Source of the DNA: Octopus bimaculoides
Lineage: Eukaryota
DNA length: 64,000 bases
Direction of reading: 5' to 3'
Assembly (NCBI RefSeq): GCF_001194135.2
Contig: NC_068998.1
Coordinates: forward strand, 21,669,313 to 21,733,312
The notes below the pieces were generated by a model. It was not told where the DNA came from. It searched no databases and saw only the letters and a list, made by a program, of their open reading frames with translations. Position 1 is the first letter of the stretch. Every line of letters starts with the position of its first letter. This document shows, piece after piece, positions 1 through 12,916 of the stretch. The translations under genes were made by a program, and so were the position numbers.

Positions 1-216
1 GACATACCATATTAATTTCATAATGCTGCCAAGTATTTACAAATCCGATTGATGATGGACTTCAACTTCGGATCTCGCCTTACGATTAACTGGAGTTCTA
101 TACCAAAAAAAAAAAAAATTGTTTAACCTGGGTTATTTTGCATTAGCAGAGACCTAAATAAGTATTTTCCCAGATTGGTAATCACTTGCTAATAACACTT
201 TATTCTGATATCGGTA

Positions 217-218
<2 letters not shown>

Positions 219-289
<71 letters not shown>
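219..289. repeat. (CA)n microsatellite
   Basis: Perfect CA run read directly from the sequence. Confidence 0.98.
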
Positions 290-291
<2 letters not shown>

Positions 292-1246
292 ACAAGGGTA
301 CTACCTGAAGCTATGAAAGAGTGGCCATAACTTTTATTATGAGTTGGCATAGCTCCTTCAAATTGCAGAGAAATAACTCTTTCCTATTGAAAGGAATATA
401 CGTACAGCGTAACAACAAAATGTGCATCATAAGGGATGCATTTACATCAATATTGAACCCGATGTTCAAATCCGCTTTAAAAAATCCCACAAAATACGTA
501 CGGTTGCATCCGCTTCTTCATAATCAATTTCCAGTCAGCTGTGACATCAGATGGCTGTGACTGAAATATGTCCTTTATTTAGCAAACATTTGAGATCCAA
601 GCTATACCGAGGATAAAATATAATCACCTGAGCAATTTATCGATTACCTGATTTGTTGCCAATGTCGTACATGGAAATATATCACAGTAGGAAATTTGGA
701 TCGCTTACAGACTCTAGTGAGGTCTCTATCTCCTAATGGCTTTACGAAGGTATTGGGCATCTCAATGAACAATCCATTGCTTGCGGTAGAACGTCGTTTC
801 AGGAAACGAAGGAAGATTTTGTCATCTCACAAAACAGTCACCATGCCTTTCTGTACCGATCACTGCGGATTCTTTCGGTGGAATAATGTTCCCTATCCGG
901 AGCATAACATGCTGCACACGTTTCATTACCTGTCACAAGTTAGGAAAACAAACAATTCCAAAACAAAATTGTATCCAGTGAATTCAAACGATTGTAGCCG
1001 ATAGAGAAAAATTCCAAAATTCTCAACTCCGAATCGACCTTTAAGTAACCAAATACCTGTTTTGAACATACTTTTCAATACAATACAGGAAGAGTTTATT
1101 TATCAGTCTATGTTATGTGAAAGTTCTATTTTAAGGTATGGTTAATTTTACACTGCACACAGTAAGACTCTTGTGCGTGAATAGTTTCTATGAGTTCGCA
1201 TATACGTATACATATCTATATCTATCTATCTATCTATCTCTCTCTA

Positions 1247-1305
<59 letters not shown>

Positions 1306-1464
1306 GTTTATATAGATATAAAGATCTATACGTATATAGAAACATACGCACATACACTCACATACATAAACGCAGGCGCGGGCATAGACACAGACTCACG
1401 CACACGCGTACAAACACAGACAGGTACAGTACACAATACAAGTGGTGTTTAAAATTCACATCAT

Positions 1465-1645
1465 TTGTTTTGGCAGCATTTTATTAATGCATTATTAGAT
1501 TACATCATGACAAAAGTCGCCATCATCAAAATGCTAAACATATAAACAGTTAAGGTAGAAATAGAAGATGGCGAGTTCTCCACTACCATAGTGAAGTGAA
1601 CGTAATTTTGAGAAAGTACCATGGAATTTATAGAGAAAGTGAAAG
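1465..1645 (+). repeat. Copy 1 of an old unclassified interspersed repeat (inverted partner at 3061-3225)
   Basis: Aligns by eye to the reverse complement of 3061-3225: ttattaatgcattattagat/ttattgatgcaatcttagat, cgccatcatca..tgctaaacat, gaatttatagagaaag. Confidence 0.6.
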
Positions 1646-2029
1646 GGATACACAAAGGTCAAATCTACTCTATTCTTCACGTAATTGACTTAATTAGTTT
1701 AAGTTATGACTGGTGATAAGGTAGTAGACATGGTGGTATAGATAACAGAAAAATAAAAGGAATACCTATGCAAGATGGTCGTTCAAATAATGCATCAGAC
1801 TAGAGACTTAAGGAGGTTTGAACTGTCGGCGTTCATTCGGCCATAGAACACATGCATACACATCGACATGTGCAGAAGATTATAATGATCTTTTTGTTTT
1901 ACATAAGTACACTGTATATACAGCTACACACACTCGACCTAATTTGTTTATATACATATGTAAGTATACTGCCATACACGCATATATAATCCTATATGCA
2001 CACACATACACAAAAACGCACTCACGTAC

Positions 2030-2125
2030 ACACACGCATGTACGCACACGCACGTACGCACACGCACGTACGCACACGCACGTACGCACACGCACGTACG
2101 TGCACACACGCACGCACGTACACAC
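2030..2125. repeat. 14-bp minisatellite (GCACGTACGCACAC)n inside a CA/TA-rich microsatellite field
   Basis: About 5 tandem units visible; the surrounding 1900-2240 is degenerate (CA/TA)n. Confidence 0.85.
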
Positions 2126-2289
2126 ACATACACTACACACACATAGATACATATACGCACATATAGATGTAAGTATATTCATTCAATCTGATAATCTGTA
2201 TACACACACCTTCGCATGTATCTACAAACACATACGCATAGGTATGTTGCTGCGGTCGTCCAAGCCATGTCTAACTTAATAGCACCACC

Positions 2290-3045
2290 TGACACGATTA
2301 ACTAAATTCTTTTAAAATCAACTTTTGTGATATCATGGCACATTCGAGTAGTGAGTTCTTGTTGAGTGAGTTGTATCTAGGTATTTGTGGCTTATCCAGT
2401 ATTGCTTGGAGAAATTTGTCCAGATTTCGTTTAAAGGTCATGGGATCATTTTCCTCTTTGATCTGTTTTGGGACAATGTTAAATAGGCCAGGACCTGTTG
2501 AGGAAAATAAATTTTGTTGCAGTGTGTTTGTGTGTTGTGACCCTGAATTGGGTAAGGAACGTATGGCCCGTGGTCCTAGCCTTGGATGAATTTTGAAGTT
2601 AATGCTGAGGTCGTTTAGGCAATGCTGGTGGTATATTCTCCACATCATGCAAATGATGTATTGCACACGGCGGTGCTGAAAAGATCAGAATATGAATGCT
2701 TTAAAGTAGTCCCAATAATCGAAATCAGTCATGACCTTAATTCTTTTGGTGAATGAGCTCTGGGGTGATTCAATTTTTGAAATGTCTTGTTTTGTATGGA
2801 GAGACCACAGTGGAATGATGACACCTTATTCTCTGAACCGGAAGGTTCTTCGGGTTCAGGAGCTCATCCTACGAGCTATATCGACCTTATTGCTGATGTG
2901 GGCACTCCAACGGAGATTATTATCAACAATTACTCCTAGGTTTCTGATATTATTAGATGCTGTGAGTGGTTCCCCTGAAGGAAGAGAGTATGGCTGTTTT
3001 AGCATCGTCTTTCTTCCAAAATGCAGCAGGGTAAATTTGATCTAG
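2290..3045 (-). mobile_element. CR1-type LINE 3' fragment (end of RT plus C-terminal region), decayed and internally deleted
   Basis: Minus-strand translation LGVIVDNNLRWSAHISNKV..ARRMSS*..RTF..IIPL/WS.HTKQDISKIESPQSSFTKRI..DYWD..YIICMMWRIY..TGPGLFNIVP..FKRNLDKFLQ matches the CR1 ORF2 C-terminus. In-frame stops are present and the usual VRPHLEY segment is missing. Confidence 0.85.
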
Positions 3046-3060
3046 TTAGCCCCATGTATA

Positions 3061-3225
3061 CACTTCGCTTTCTCTATAAATTCTACTGTACGTTTTCAAA
3101 ATATTGCTTGTTTCACCACAGTATTGACGAACTGGTTATATTCTTCATATATCTTAGATGTTTAGCACTCCGCTGATGATGGCGTGTTTTTGCTATGAAG
3201 AAATCTAAGATTGCATCAATAAGAC
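3061..3225 (-). repeat. Copy 2 (inverted) of the repeat at 1465-1645
   Basis: Reverse complement aligns by eye to 1465-1645. Confidence 0.6.
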
Positions 3226-3616
3226 GCTGCCGGAACAGTTGTTGTAAATTTTAAACCCCACTTGTGTTCTTCTGTTATAACTACTCTGCACTTCCCACCG
3301 CAGCTATGTCACAAATTGTGATCTGTCAGCCGACAATTAAACGATATGCAAATGAACCTAAGCACTTGAGCTGAGGACTAAGCCGTGATAATCTAAATGC
3401 CACCTGTTACATTATAACGGCATGAAATGCTTGTACTCTAAAACCTGGTCAATCAGACAAAGAATATGTCAAGGAAAATCTCAATTTTCTGTCTGTGAAA
3501 AGAATAAGACGTAATGATATTCTTTTACGTTTAAAGCTAAGTGTTACTAACCGTAATCTAACTACATTTATGCTCGTGTTCCAGGTTCTCTTGAACCCCT
3601 ACACACATACACACAA

Positions 3617-3834
3617 GAAATGTTAGCACACCGGGCGAAATGCTTAGCCGTATTTCGTCTGCCGCTACGTTCTGAGTTCAAATTCCGCCGAGGTCGACTT
3701 TGCCTTTCATCCTTTTAGCGTCGATTAAATAAGTACCAGTTACGCTCTGGGGTCGATACAATCGACTTAATCCGTATTTGTCTGTCCTTGTTTGTCCCCT
3801 CTGTGTGTAGCCCCTTGTGGGTAGTAAAGAAATA
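3617..3834 (+). mobile_element. tRNA-derived SINE, family A (gaaatgcttagc...gttcaaattcc...gaggtcgactttgcctttcatcc)
   Basis: B-box-like gttcaaattcc; homologous copies recur at 9.9, 13.9, 23.7, 59.7-60.3 and 61.4 kb in this window. Confidence 0.9.
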
Positions 3835-4271
3835 ACACACAAACGTACACACACACATACACACATATACACACATATAGACACAGATACGAAAACACAT
3901 ACACACATGCACACACGCGAACACAATTTGAAGCAATTAGAAATATGTTTCTAGACGTGTATATGCGTATGCATTTATAAAAGTATGGACGACGATTATT
4001 CATGCACATATAGATATAGAAATAGAAGAGCGTACGGAGCAATAGAAGTTATTCATGACATCTGCATATCCTTAATTGCCATGACTTCAAGAGATGATCT
4101 TCAAGTAGGTATGCCCATATTCAGCTTAAGACTTACGAATGTTATCGCTTCTTTCTCTCTCTCTCCATCACTGTCTATCACTATAAAACACACTCATCTA
4201 TAGGCATACGTACATGCATATGTATGGGTGAACGTGTGTGCGTGTGTATGTGTGTAGGTGCATATACATAC

Positions 4272-4342
<71 letters not shown>

Positions 4343-4650
4343 GGTGTGTGTATACGCACATATGTATACGCATAGATATATACATAAGTAAATTCTTTCC
4401 TGCGTGCATTCTATCTATGTGTGAGAATGCATCATTAAAATAGTTTCAAGAAATGTTCAATGCACTGAACATCATGCACGCATTAAAATAATGCATAACG
4501 TAAGTCACGTACAACACCTGACGAGCTGAAGCGGTATTCGCTTCCAAACTTATATACCTGCATACAAGAATGCATAAGAATATACATACATATAAAGAGA
4601 AAGGCATACACACATACAAACACACACATAAACAAATACACACATTCGTG

Positions 4651-4684
<34 letters not shown>

Positions 4685-4685
4685 C

Positions 4686-4720
<35 letters not shown>

Positions 4721-5676
4721 NNNNNNNNNNNNNNNNNNNNNNNNNNNNNNNNNNNNNNNNNNNNNNNNNNNNNNNNNNNNNNNNNNNNNNNNNNNNNNNN
4801 NNNNNNNNNNNNNNNNNNNNNNNNNNNNNNNNNNNNNNNNNNNNNNNNNNNNNNNNNNNNNNNNNNNNNNNNNNNNNNNNNNNNNNNNNNNNNNNNNNNN
4901 NNNNNNNNNNNNNNNNNNNNNNNNNNNNNNNNNNNNNNNNNNNNNNNNNNNNNNNNNNNNNNNNNNNNNNNNNNNNNNNNNNNNNNNNNNNNNNNNNNNN
5001 NNNNNNNNNNNNNNNNNNNNNNNNNNNNNNNNNNNNNNNNNNNNNNNNNNNNNNNNNNNNNNNNNNNNNNNNNNNNNNNNNNNNNNNNNNNNNNNNNNNN
5101 NNNNNNNNNNNNNNNNNNNNNNNNNNNNNNNNNNNNNNNNNNNNNNNNNNNNNNNNNNNNNNNNNNNNNNNNNNNNNNNNNNNNNNNNNNNNNNNNNNNN
5201 NNNNNNNNNNNNNNNNNNNNNNNNNNNNNNNNNNNNNNNNNNNNNNNNNNNNNNNNNNNNNNNNNNNNNNNNNNNNNNNNNNNNNNNNNNNNNNNNNNNN
5301 NNNNNNNNNNNNNNNNNNNNNNNNNNNNNNNNNNNNNNNNNNNNNNNNNNNNNNNNNNNNNNNNNNNNNNNNNNNNNNNNNNNNNNNNNNNNNNNNNNNN
5401 NNNNNNNNNNNNNNNNNNNNNNNNNNNNNNNNNNNNNNNNNNNNNNNNNNNNNNNNNNNNNNNNNNNNNNNNNNNNNNNNNNNNNNNNNNNNNNNNNNNN
5501 NNNNNNNNNNNNNNNNNNNNNNNNNNNNNNNNNNNNNNNNNNNNNNNNNNNNNNNNNNNNNNNNNNNNNNNNNNNNNNNNNNNNNNNNNNNNNNNNNNNN
5601 NNNNNNNNNNNNNNNNNNNNNNNNNNNNNNNNNNNNNNNNNNNNNNNNNNNNNNNNNNNNNNNNNNNNNNNNNNNN
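4721..5676. other. Assembly gap (N) flanked by (TA)n and (CA)n
   Basis: N run. Other gaps lie near 6678-6884, 17544-17578, 28762-28788, 41424-42180, 45380-45388, 50082-50379, 55905-56189, 57232-57471 and 58811-58982. Confidence 0.99.
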
Positions 5677-5755
<79 letters not shown>

Positions 5756-5777
5756 GCAAGAGTTAAAAAATGGAGTA

Positions 5778-6063
5778 GATAAGATCCGGGCTACGTATAT
5801 TCCATACCGAGCGGAACCTCAGAACTGGTAAATATCCAAGCACGGTGTTTACCGCAGGTTACTTTTCAGGAAGAGGATACCTATATAAAATGGAAGTTTA
5901 TATTGCTGCAAGGAGGTGCATGTTAACAAATGCGGCAATGTAAACTTTCATTTAATCAAGTTATCCTCAGCCCGAAGACTAACGTGCTGTATACACCTCT
6001 CCTGGATATTTACCACTTCTGAAGTTCCATTCGCTATTAAACATATGTAGCCCGGATTTTATC
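5778..6063. mobile_element. Fold-back (MITE-like) element: whole-length imperfect palindrome
   Basis: 5784-5910 is colinear, without indels, with the reverse complement of 5931-6057 (atccgggctac..., tggtaaatatcca, gaggata, aaatg.aagttta.attgc.gca); 20-nt loop at 5911-5930. Confidence 0.85.
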
Positions 6064-7552
6064 GTATCAATTCCTTAACTCATTTATTCTTATTCGTATA
6101 CCGCCAACCCTGGCTGCCTACTGTAATATACAATAAAATAAAACCCCAAAAAGTTTATCGTACGTAAATATCCCACAACTTTCCGTCTCAATAAACCACT
6201 GTTCTCCCTGGAGGTTGTATATTTATATTTACGACGGATTGCTTGAAGCTAACTTTCTTCCTACACCTCGTTCCTTGGATCTTACATGTACGCATATACA
6301 CAGAGACACAGACGCAAACACAGACTTACACTGACACACAGACACACATACACACACACTCATATAGGTACATGTGTACGCATGCTCTGATATATTTTTA
6401 CGTGCTTGAACATGCAAACACGTATATCCATATTCAGCATAAAACTTTCAAGAGTGACAGATATACGTACAAACATATACATGCCAACCGATAAATATAT
6501 AAGCCCATATATGTATATGTATGCATAATTATTTTATGTGTATTAATTTTATATTCTCATCTTGATTAGTTAATCTTCAGAGTGTCCTTATTCAGCATAA
6601 ATCTTAGAAGATATGTATACCTGTACATATGCAGTCACACAGACACACATATATAATACAATATTATATATATATATNNNNNNNNNNNNNNNNNNNNNNN
6701 NNNNNNNNNNNNNNNNNNNNNNNNNNNNNNNNNNNNNNNNNNNNNNNNNNNNNNNNNNNNNNNNNNNNNNNNNNNNNNNNNNNNNNNNNNNNNNNNNNNN
6801 NNNNNNNNNNNNNNNNNNNNNNNNNNNNNNNNNNNNNNNNNNNNNNNNNNNNNNNNNNNNNNNNNNNNNNNNNNNNNNNNNNNNATATATATGTTTGCTG
6901 TGCTGCGTATATCTATATAACATTCATTAATAGTAAAAATAAGACTGGGAATTGAATATAATTCCAGAATGACAGACTTAATCAGTGGAATAATATGCAA
7001 TGCGTTATTTAAGTGCTTGCTTAGTTTTCAATGCATAGAACTTCTGAAACTATTTTAATGAGGGAGTGATACAGAGATGTATACAGTTGTAAAGAGCGAG
7101 CAATTGGGACAGAGAAAAGAGGGAGAGAAAGAGGGGGACCGAGAACGAGAGAGAGAAAGAAAGACAGACAGACTGAAAGATATAGAGAGAATGAATTAGA
7201 GACATAAATATATATTTAGAATGCAAGAGAATCATCAGAGAGGAACATTGCGACAGACTGTAAAAGACAGACAGAGAGTAAGTATGTAGAGCAGTATTTA
7301 AATGAAGCATCCTTTCTTAGTGAAACGTCAGACAATTTTGGAAACTATTTCGCTAGACTTAATTAACTACATTTATTATGTCTTCAGGAAAGTTGTGTAA
7401 ATAAAGGAGGTTAATTATGAGTCTAGAACGCAGTTGAAAATGCATTAATTGAAAGAGATCCGACCTGATCAGCTTATTTCAAAGTTTAGATATTGAAAGA
7501 TTTAATTATCTCTTTCTCCTGCTCTGTCTTTCTGTCTGTTTGACTTTCTGCT

Positions 7553-7587
<35 letters not shown>

Positions 7588-9899
7588 GTCTCTCTCTCTT
7601 TGTCTCTCTCTCTTTGTCTCTCTCTGCATCTCCCCCTTCTCTCTCTCTCTCAATATGTTCTCATATATTTATGTGTTTATATATATATGTACGTATGTAT
7701 ATGTATAAAATAATAGAAGAATAAAAGAATATATATATATGTATATATATATATGAATATATGTATGCTTATATATATATATATATATACATCCAAGTTC
7801 AACACACACACACACACACACACATACACACATGTATCTATGTGTGGGTGTATGGTTACATAGCTTTGCTTAGCTGTGTATGTGCTTGTTTTCTTTAATC
7901 GTGTACTAAGTATGAAATCTAATAGTTTCAAAGTATTAGATCTAATCGAGCCTCTTTCCCTCCACAGATGTACATCTATTAAGATCAGTCTCATTATTAG
8001 TAATAGGTCCATGTCTAATAGATACAGTTTGAATATTTAAAATAGATAAAGTACTATGTAAGACTACTATAGATATATGATTAGCAAAAGGTTTACATAT
8101 TAAAAAAGAGAACAAAGTTAAACTGTTAACCTGGCAATATTGAAAGCCCACTGAATCTTTTAATGATTGTTGAGGTGATGTATATCCCAACTGAAAATTG
8201 TTTAATAAAAAATGCTGGTGTGAGTATTGCATTCTTCTACAGCTGAATATATATAGGATTATACAATTTGATGTTTTTTCTTTGTTTTATATATAGCATA
8301 CAGCTTGTCAGTTATAGGACAATCTGTTACTTGTAAAATGTGTAGGGCCGACATATGAACTCCATACATTACGTTTGGTGGGATAATATACGTTTGAAAA
8401 TGTTTGAATATGTATTTGCCTTAAAACCTGGTGTTGTGTAGGAACAATCATTAAAATTCCTTTGCTAAATGCCGAATAGTTGATATATATATATATCTGA
8501 CAGATTTTTCTTGGTTTTATCTTGCCTGCTTTCTGGTAAACAATGAATAAATTATAACAAACATTTTGGTGACTTTCTATAAGCATCAGATCTGTCACCT
8601 TAATATATTGTTCCTGGTACATCGCAACGTATATAGAAAAAAAAACTAAGTTTCACAATACACTTATTATTTACGCGGGTGAATTAGCGAATCGTCACGT
8701 GATTTATGCGTAATTTCATTGATTATGTCAATATTTAATTATGGCAATATTCAGGACATTGTTCATATACATTATAGTGGACGAACGTAGATAAGAAATG
8801 TGTATAGGTTGTCAAACAACCTATTACACGCAGTTGTAGTACAGTGTCAGAATATTTACCAAAGATTTATTGCTTTTGAGTGTGGAAATCACTTGAAACG
8901 ACAATTATAAATGCAACGCACTGTGTTGGTTTTGTATCGTTATTAGTTACTCTTAATTAATTATTGCATTGTTGCTAGCTATTGATACATTTCTCGTCGG
9001 ATGTAGCTGTGTCACTGAAAACTGATTTACGTTTCACTAGAAAAATATTTATTTGTTGCTCTATAGTTTAGATCTTTAACACTTCATGTACGGATGGATA
9101 AAATTCCATTCATTGATTATCTCTTATGTAAAGATTACATAAGACTACGCAGTTACTGCAATGTAATTAATCGCACGTCTACTCTTCTGCTACGTCGATG
9201 CTTTTACTCCAATTTATTGACTATAATTTGTGTTATGTTTATAGTCTTATACTAATGAAGTAGAAAGTGTTTTTGTAGTGTCAACAAAATAATACATGGT
9301 CAATAACTAAATATGAACTCTGGTCATTATAAATCTTTCTAAAGAACATTGTTTTCATACAATGTTTGAATACAAAACTGGAGTTGAAAAAGTTCAAATA
9401 CAAACAAAAGTAAAAATTTTTCATGAAATGCAGACCGAATTTAATATCAATTTTCAACTTTGGTGTAGATTTTAAAGTAATTTATTACTTGATTCAAAAT
9501 TATGAAATATTTGTTCCGTGAAATCGAAACAACACATAGACATTATGACCTGAAAAATATTATGTGGTCAAAATTTCATTTTTATATATGCTGGAGAATC
9601 ATAGCTTGTCGGCTACATTTTTAGTAAAGAAACAAACGCTGACAGAGTAAAAGGTTTATTTGCAAACTGATTTATTTCGAAGTATTTGATCAACATATCT
9701 GATGCAGATGGGATTTGAAACACAATTCCAGAAGAAAAGTGGAGTTAACACAAAACACAAAAGTGTCTGATAAACAAAAAAGAGTTTTTTTCAGAATTAA
9801 GCATCTTTTGAACTTTAGTCAATTAGTAAATTCTTTACTATTTATACTCTGGAACATGTAATGTCAAGAACACACACGTAGCATTTACGTTCCTAATAT

Positions 9900-10085
9900 T
9901 GACTTCCAATATTGACACAAGACCAGTAATTTCGATGGCGGTGTATAAGTCGATTACATCGACACCACCGTTCAACTGAAAGAGTGAAAAGCAAAGTTGA
10001 ATCTGGAGGCATTTGAAATCAGAATGTGAAGTTTGAAAAGATGCCGCTAAACATTTTTCCTAGTGCGGTATCGCTTCTGCTTGCT
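9900..10085 (-). mobile_element. SINE family A, diverged copy
   Basis: gtcgattacatcgacacc..gaaaagcaaagttg..atttgaaatcagaatgtg..ccgctaaacattt is the reverse complement of the 3617-3834 pattern. Confidence 0.75.
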
Positions 10086-11004
10086 ACCTTTCATGTTCCT
10101 AATAGTTACTGAGTCGTTATCTTACAGTAAATAATTCACATCGTATTAATGTGAAATATTTACTCAGTTTGATTCGTTCAAGATACGTCTAATGTTCAGA
10201 CTACCTGCCATCATCAGATATGTATACAGTGTTATGCTTTAGAAAAGTCAATGGATGCAAGAGTTCGATCACCTTCAAAATGTGTGCTTATGTCTTCGCA
10301 TTTCAAACGTGCCTCTACTGAATCAAAAGTCATGCTTTTATTATCAAATTTCGAACCAGAAGATTTACATATATATCTATTTTCAATTAACATGCTTTCG
10401 GAGAAGAGATATTACGGAGAAGCTTACCAGCAGGAAAAGTTTGATTAACGAACATGCAATCAGTAATGTGTTTTGTAGTATTTCTGTACCCTATATTCTT
10501 CATGTGCAAATGAAAGACTCCTAATCATTTGCACTATCTATAATGTTCACTATAGTTTGTAATAACCAGATTGGTTTATCTACCATAAGAGTCTGTAAAT
10601 AATATTGTTAAAAGTCATCTCGGGTTTGTGTTAAAAAAAAAACGCTGCAGTGGTTTGCATCAACATTCGGAAATAAAAAACCTAAAAGAGCGAAATAAGT
10701 ATTGCATGATAATTGTGAGGACCGTCCCTAACTCTAGTGTTATTCGATGAAGATACTGTATTAGTCAGTATGTCGGTGATATGAATTCACATGTTTGGAT
10801 GCATATTCTCATCACATTCGTGTATGAATCACGTAGAAACATGCTTCGTTCCCTGAATTTGTAAGAAAGTACCTACAATATATCCCACTTAAAGTCAATG
10901 AGCTGTCAACGCCCACAATAAATTGTTCAGTAATCTCACTCAAAAATAATATTGTTATTAAATTAATAAAGTTATTAATTAAAATTGTCATTGAACAATA
11001 CATA

Positions 11005-12205
11005 GATAGGTCGACTGAAAGGTTCTTATGCTGACAAAGAGAACCTTATGGAATATGACCAAATGGTGTATATTATTCAACATAGTACTCCCTGCGGTAC
11101 AAAGTCCTCTTTCACCCGTGTTGCAGTGGATGGGTCCCATTGGTGAAGAAACGAAGCTGTCATCCTTTGGTCAAAAAAGGCATCAACAGCTGATATAACG
11201 TCATCATCACTGACTTACTGGTTTTCAGCAAAGTGTTTTTTTTTCAGATGGAGTAATCAGAAGAATATGGGTCGGAGTATCAACTAGTTCAAAGTCACAT
11301 TGAAGCACAATAACCATTGAAACCAAGGACTTCTGGGCGTTTGGTCTTGATAGGCTTTCGTAACTTCGTACCTGCAATTTGGTCTAGCACTCTCCGTTGA
11401 TGGTATTGTGAACCTTGTCAATAGATACAATGCCTTGTGCATCCCAAAACACTGAGGCTGTCACCTTCTCTGTAGATGGAACTATCTTGGGCTTCTTGGG
11501 CGCAGCAGAGGAGGGGTGTTTCAACTGCATCGATTGTCACTTTGTCTCCGGTTCAAGATGATGACACTCGTCCTGCCGAAGGAAATGTTCAAGTGTCCCA
11601 GTGTGATCATTTTCAAACAATGTCAGATTTTACCGTGATGTAATCAACCTGGTGCGATTTGGATCAAGTATCAAAATACATGGGACCCATCGAGCATGAA
11701 CTATCGTCATGCCAATTACATTGTGCAAAATATTCTCAACTCTCCTGACATGTACTAATAACATTGGTTATTTGATTTATTGTCATCCATTACCATATGG
11801 TGAACACGATCTATGTTGACTACGGTTGTGGCAGTCACAGGACGTCTAGATCCTGGGTCTTCTTCAAGGGTCTCCCATCTCGTCCTAAATTCAGTTTTCC
11901 ACTCTTTTTTTGCTGTTGGTAAAGCTGGATCATCATCCCCTAATGTAGCAATCATGTCAGCATGAATGACCTTACGGGCTTAACAATTTTCTGCATGTGC
12001 ATAACACAACGGTGCCACATTTTGTCGATTTTCAAGAGAAATCGCTACTACTTCGTTTTGAAGTTTGGGAAAATCAGATATCAGTTTACGTGGTGTGAAA
12101 AAATGCAGTTATTAATAAGAAGGTTTGAAATCAGTGCATGCAAGATTTCACAGCTCTAGTATCATTCCTTTATAACTAGCCTATGAACATTTCAGCCCTC
12201 CCTCG
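11005..12205 (-). mobile_element. Mariner (Tc1/mariner DD34D-type) transposon, near full length, decayed
   Basis: ORF 11755-11955 (ATLGDDDPAL..WKTEF..LEEDPGSRRPVTATT..NIDRVHHMVMDD) is a mariner N-terminus. Downstream frames give ARWVP-like, KKPKIVPS..KVTASVFWDAQGIV and terminal YVE* motifs. Degenerate TIRs (ctgaaa.gttc.ta.gct) occur at both ends with flanking TA at 11003-4 and 12206-7. Confidence 0.92.
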
Positions 12206-12398
12206 TAACCTTATATTGGTAATTAATATCAATGTGAAATATGATTAGACTATATTATCATACTACAATAAGTATTGTTATAATCTGGGTCTTCCCATAG
12301 TGAAGGATGTTTTAGTTATAATGCGTGTATTTGTTTCTGAATAATAAGAAGGAACATTGGAAGCGCTGTTCTCATGTTCTCAAATTTGCAGAACTCAC

Positions 12399-12521
12399 GC
12401 TTCGCCAAAACGTTTTGTGTATTGAGAAGGATATTTGAAACTAGCAACGTACTAATCGATATTAGTGAACTTTCACATCTCATTGTGTTCTCAGCTTGAG
12501 TACTTCTTATTGCCGCATCAT
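12399..12521 (-). CDS. Candidate internal exon of an unrecognised gene (DAAIRSTQAENTMRCESSLISISTLLVSNILLNTQNVLAK)
   Basis: Pyrimidine-rich acceptor ttatttctccttag|, donor C|GTGAGT, 123 nt open, phase 1-1. An alternative phase-0 acceptor lies at 12585. No homology recognised. Confidence 0.35.
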
Positions 12522-12863
12522 CTAAGGAGAAATAACATGTTCCTTCTATCAATAACAGCCCATTTGAAATAGGAGAAATAATGTTCTGATAATACTAATA
12601 TATAATAGATCGTCCGAAATGCTGTTTAATGGAGTCTTACAAAAGTTATAGATGTGAAAATATTCTGGATGGTCAAGGATGGAAACATACTCATGTCTGA
12701 CTTCAGGTTAATCACAAATGCTAGAAAAATTGTTCTGGTGCTGTATTTGTTTAAAACTAATTTTATGCAGTATCTATTTAGAACTAATTATCTGCAGTAA
12801 CTATTTAAAACTAAGTGGAGTGGGTAATTTCAAAGTTAATTGCCTAGACAGGATACGACTTAC

Positions 12864-12916
12864 CGACCTCATTGCTTCTTTTACGGTTGCGATCGACTCG
12901 GCCATTTTGCACACTT
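12864..12916 (-). CDS. Candidate 53-nt exon (SVQNGRVDRNRKRSNEV or VCKMAESIATVKEAMRS)
   Basis: Acceptor cgtcttgtccag|, perfect donor G|GTAAGT, GC richer than flanks; two frames are open. Confidence 0.35.

Noticed and set aside
480-945. Minus-strand exon candidates (GNETCAACYAPDREHY.., NGLFIEMPNTFVKPLGDRDLTRV, SQPSDVTADWKLIMKKRMQ)
   Set aside because: Protein-like, but I could not join them with consistent phases and strong sites; no family recognised.
4446-5831. Long ORFs of 348-437 aa (also 41185-42325, 50060-50482, 55687-56232, 57094-57540, 58753-59068)
   Set aside because: They run through N-gaps and dinucleotide repeats; artefacts.
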